Part shown: positions 25,629-27,574 of the stretch, piece by piece | Numbering within the stretch: the first letter of the stretch is position 1 | How the letters are laid out: every line of letters starts with the position of its first letter | Assembly (NCBI GenBank): GCA_045654425.1 | Contig: JAZONJ010000152.1 | Coordinates: forward strand, 1 to 27,574 | Direction of reading: 5' to 3' | DNA: 27,574 nucleotides | Source: Acutalibacteraceae bacterium | GTDB taxonomy: Bacteria; Bacillota; Clostridia; Oscillospirales; Acutalibacteraceae | Made by a program: the position numbers and the translations under genes | The notes under the pieces: generated by a model | Database searches by the model: none | What the model was told of the DNA's origin: nothing | The model's input: only the letters and a program-made list of their open reading frames with translations

Positions 25629-27368
25629 TTCATGAAGTGTTATTTTCTTTTCATTTTCAGTTGCGAGGACATCGAAAATTATTATTTCGTTTTTGCCCTT
25701 CTTTATAAGAGGAGCAGGCAGAAACAGATAGTTTTCATCGAGTTCGGTTGTCCAATGTCTTCCGAGATTAAATCCGTTCACAAAAACATTTCCTCTGAAA
25801 AAGCCCTCGAAATGAACAATTGTATCCTGTGGATTTTCAGCATCAAACTTAAACTTATAAAAAGCGGGAGCGTTCGCCTCGGCTTTGCCATTAAAATTAT
25901 CGGGCAAAACGTCAAGCGGTAAAGAGTAAACCTTGAAGTTGTTAATAAACTTTCTGTGGGTTAATTCCTTATCAATTATCCATATATCTCCCACAAGGCC
26001 CTTGTGGTCAAGCATATTCAGTCCATAGTTTACTCTGCCAAGGTTTTCAACAACTATCTGAACCTTGTGATAACCCTTAATATCAATATCAAAACTCTTT
26101 TCATCATCGTGACGGAAAATGCTCTTTAAATACTCACCGTCTACATATATATGAGCCGCATCGTGTATCTCAGGCAGATTCACAGTTGTACCCTTATCCT
26201 CTGCGAAGATTTCGGTTTCATATATAATATAGCCATAACCCTGGTCATAAGACTCCATAGGTAAAACTGTCGGAGATTTATGAGATTTTAGATTTAATCC
26301 GCTACCTTTAAGTGAACATTCGCCAACAAAAGAGGCTTTATATTCAGCAAATTTAGTATCTGTAGCGGTATTTTCGGGAGTAATACCCATTATTTCACAG
26401 ATAACTTTTTGCTCTGCATAATATTTTTCGGTACGTCTGCCGTACTCATCAAGCGGAGCATCAACATCATACCAATTTTTATGAACTCCAAATTTTTTGA
26501 GGGGACAGATTCCGCCATTCATAAATCCAAAAGAGGTTCCGCCGTGGAACATATAGAGATTCACAAGCTCACTATGAGTAAGTGACGAGCGTACAGATTC
26601 GGCAACCTCATCTATATTGCGACGAACCCTCGCCTCATTCCAATGGTTCTGCCATCCGTCCCAAAGCTCCATTACCGCCGAAGGCTGATTGTTTCTAAAT
26701 GCCTTCAGTCTTTTCGCTGCGCCTTCACCGTCAAGTCGGTAATTAACCGAACACAGCACATCAGGCAAGGTTCCGCCTTCAAGGAAGAATTCATAATCTC
26801 CGTCAGAGGTTATAAAAGGACAGTCTATTCCCTCGTCCTCGTAAATCTTTTTTATAGCGCGAAGGTAGTCCTTATCGTTGCCGTAGCTTCCGTATTCATT
26901 TTCAATCTGCACAAAAATAACATTGCCGCCATTTGTGATAAGCAGAGGCTTTAAAAGCCGAGCTACTTTCTGAAGATACGGCGTGCATTTTTCCATATAA
27001 GTGGTGTTGCTGCATCGAAGCTTTAAATCAGGATATTTAAGCAACCACCAAGGATGTCCGCCAAACTCCCATTCCGAACAGATAAACGGACCGGGTCTGA
27101 CTATTGCATAAAGACCGAGCTCGTCGGCTAATTTCAAGAATTTGACAAAATCGAGCATTCCTGAAAAGTCAAACTCACCTTCTCTTTTTTCGTGAAGATT
27201 CCAGCAGATATAGGTCTCGACACAGTTGCAACCGCATTCTTTGAGTTTTAAAAGTCGGTCATACCAATATTCAGGCATAATGCGGAAATAATGCATTGCA
27301 CCCGAGACGATTTTAGTTGGTTTACCGTCGACATAAAAATTCTTTTCATCCCAAGTTACTGCGCTCAT
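25626..27368 (-). CDS. GH35 beta-galactosidase-like glycosidase, no signal peptide
   Basis: SGAMHYFR, VETYICWNLHE, VRPGPFICSEWEFGG, QIENEYG (acid/base), MELWDGW (nucleophile), YMFHGGT and VENLGRVNYG motifs; GAGG RBS. Confidence 0.93.
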   Translation of the reverse strand: MSAVTWDEKNFYVDGKPTKIVSGAMHYFRIMPEYWYDRLLKLKECGCNCVETYICWNLHEKREGEFDFSGMLDFVKFLKLADELGLYAIVRPGPFICSEWEFGGHPWWLLKYPDLKLRCSNTTYMEKCTPYLQKVARLLKPLLITNGGNVIFVQIENEYGSYGNDKDYLRAIKKIYEDEGIDCPFITSDGDYEFFLEGGTLPDVLCSVNYRLDGEGAAKRLKAFRNNQPSAVMELWDGWQNHWNEARVRRNIDEVAESVRSSLTHSELVNLYMFHGGTSFGFMNGGICPLKKFGVHKNWYDVDAPLDEYGRRTEKYYAEQKVICEIMGITPENTATDTKFAEYKASFVGECSLKGSGLNLKSHKSPTVLPMESYDQGYGYIIYETEIFAEDKGTTVNLPEIHDAAHIYVDGEYLKSIFRHDDEKSFDIDIKGYHKVQIVVENLGRVNYGLNMLDHKGLVGDIWIIDKELTHRKFINNFKVYSLPLDVLPDNFNGKAEANAPAFYKFKFDAENPQDTIVHFEGFFRGNVFVNGFNLGRHWTTELDENYLFLPAPLIKKGKNEIIIFDVLATENEKKITLHE

Positions 27369-27472
27369 AACAATACCTCTTATTTTGTATTTATACTAAA
27401 ATTATATCAATTACTAATATAGTAATAAATGTTAGAAACACACCATTTTTTGTAAAAAACGTTATATAAGTA

Positions 27473-27501
27473 TTAATATCACAATAGTTTAATGCTGTCA
27501 A
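27473..27501 (-). promoter_or_regulatory. Possible promoter for the GH35 gene
   Basis: Minus strand TTGACA, 17 bp, TATTAA with TGn; imperfect -10. Confidence 0.4.
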
Positions 27502-27537
27502 TAAAAAACATCCGTATCGCATTTTGCGATACGGATG
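27501..27537 (-). terminator. Intrinsic terminator of an upstream minus-strand gene outside the window
   Basis: CATCCGTATCGC-5-GCGATACGGATG 12-bp stem followed by TTTTTT on the minus strand. Confidence 0.8.
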
Positions 27538-27574
27538 AAATTTTAGGATTAATATCCAACCTTTTCCCAACACT

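Noticed and set aside
27391-27573. 60-aa minus-strand ORF fragment at the window end
   Set aside because: Crosses a terminator and a promoter-like region in AT-rich DNA and has no recognisable motifs; probably not coding.

Overview
This window is from a low-GC, sigmaA-promoter Firmicutes genome; gene content and style suggest Clostridia/Oscillospirales (inference, no search run). It is mostly core chromosome. On the minus strand: rnj, a membrane-anchored DHH/DHHA1 phosphodiesterase, rplI, dnaB and a partial tilS. Next come degV, then the minus-strand block DUF1015, ogg, DUF6062 and small/membrane proteins, then rny, an aminotransferase, secD/secF, and tRNA-Arg(CCU) followed by a PqqD-like gene. 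An accessory carbohydrate block consists of an AraC regulator divergent from two xylose-isomerase-fold (sugar phosphate isomerase/epimerase family) genes, two Gfo/Idh/MocA oxidoreductases and a signal-peptide-less GH110-like enzyme; a third Gfo/Idh/MocA gene and a GH35 lie further on. I saw no transposase, integrase, CRISPR array, rRNA or intein. Best leads: (1) the AraC operon, which pairs a keto-glycoside redox/elimination toolkit with a cytoplasmic GH110; (2) an H-type pseudoknot just upstream of the rny ribosome-binding site; (3) a candidate promoter- and terminator-bounded structured sRNA after degV; (4) a GdpP-position DHH protein lacking PAS/GGDEF, downstream of rnj; (5) a Shine-Dalgarno-sequestering hairpin with a forespore-type promoter; (6) an orphan PqqD/RRE gene apparently co-transcribed with a tRNA. 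Family assignments come from motifs I recognised, and RNA structures were paired by eye; no folding or database search was run.
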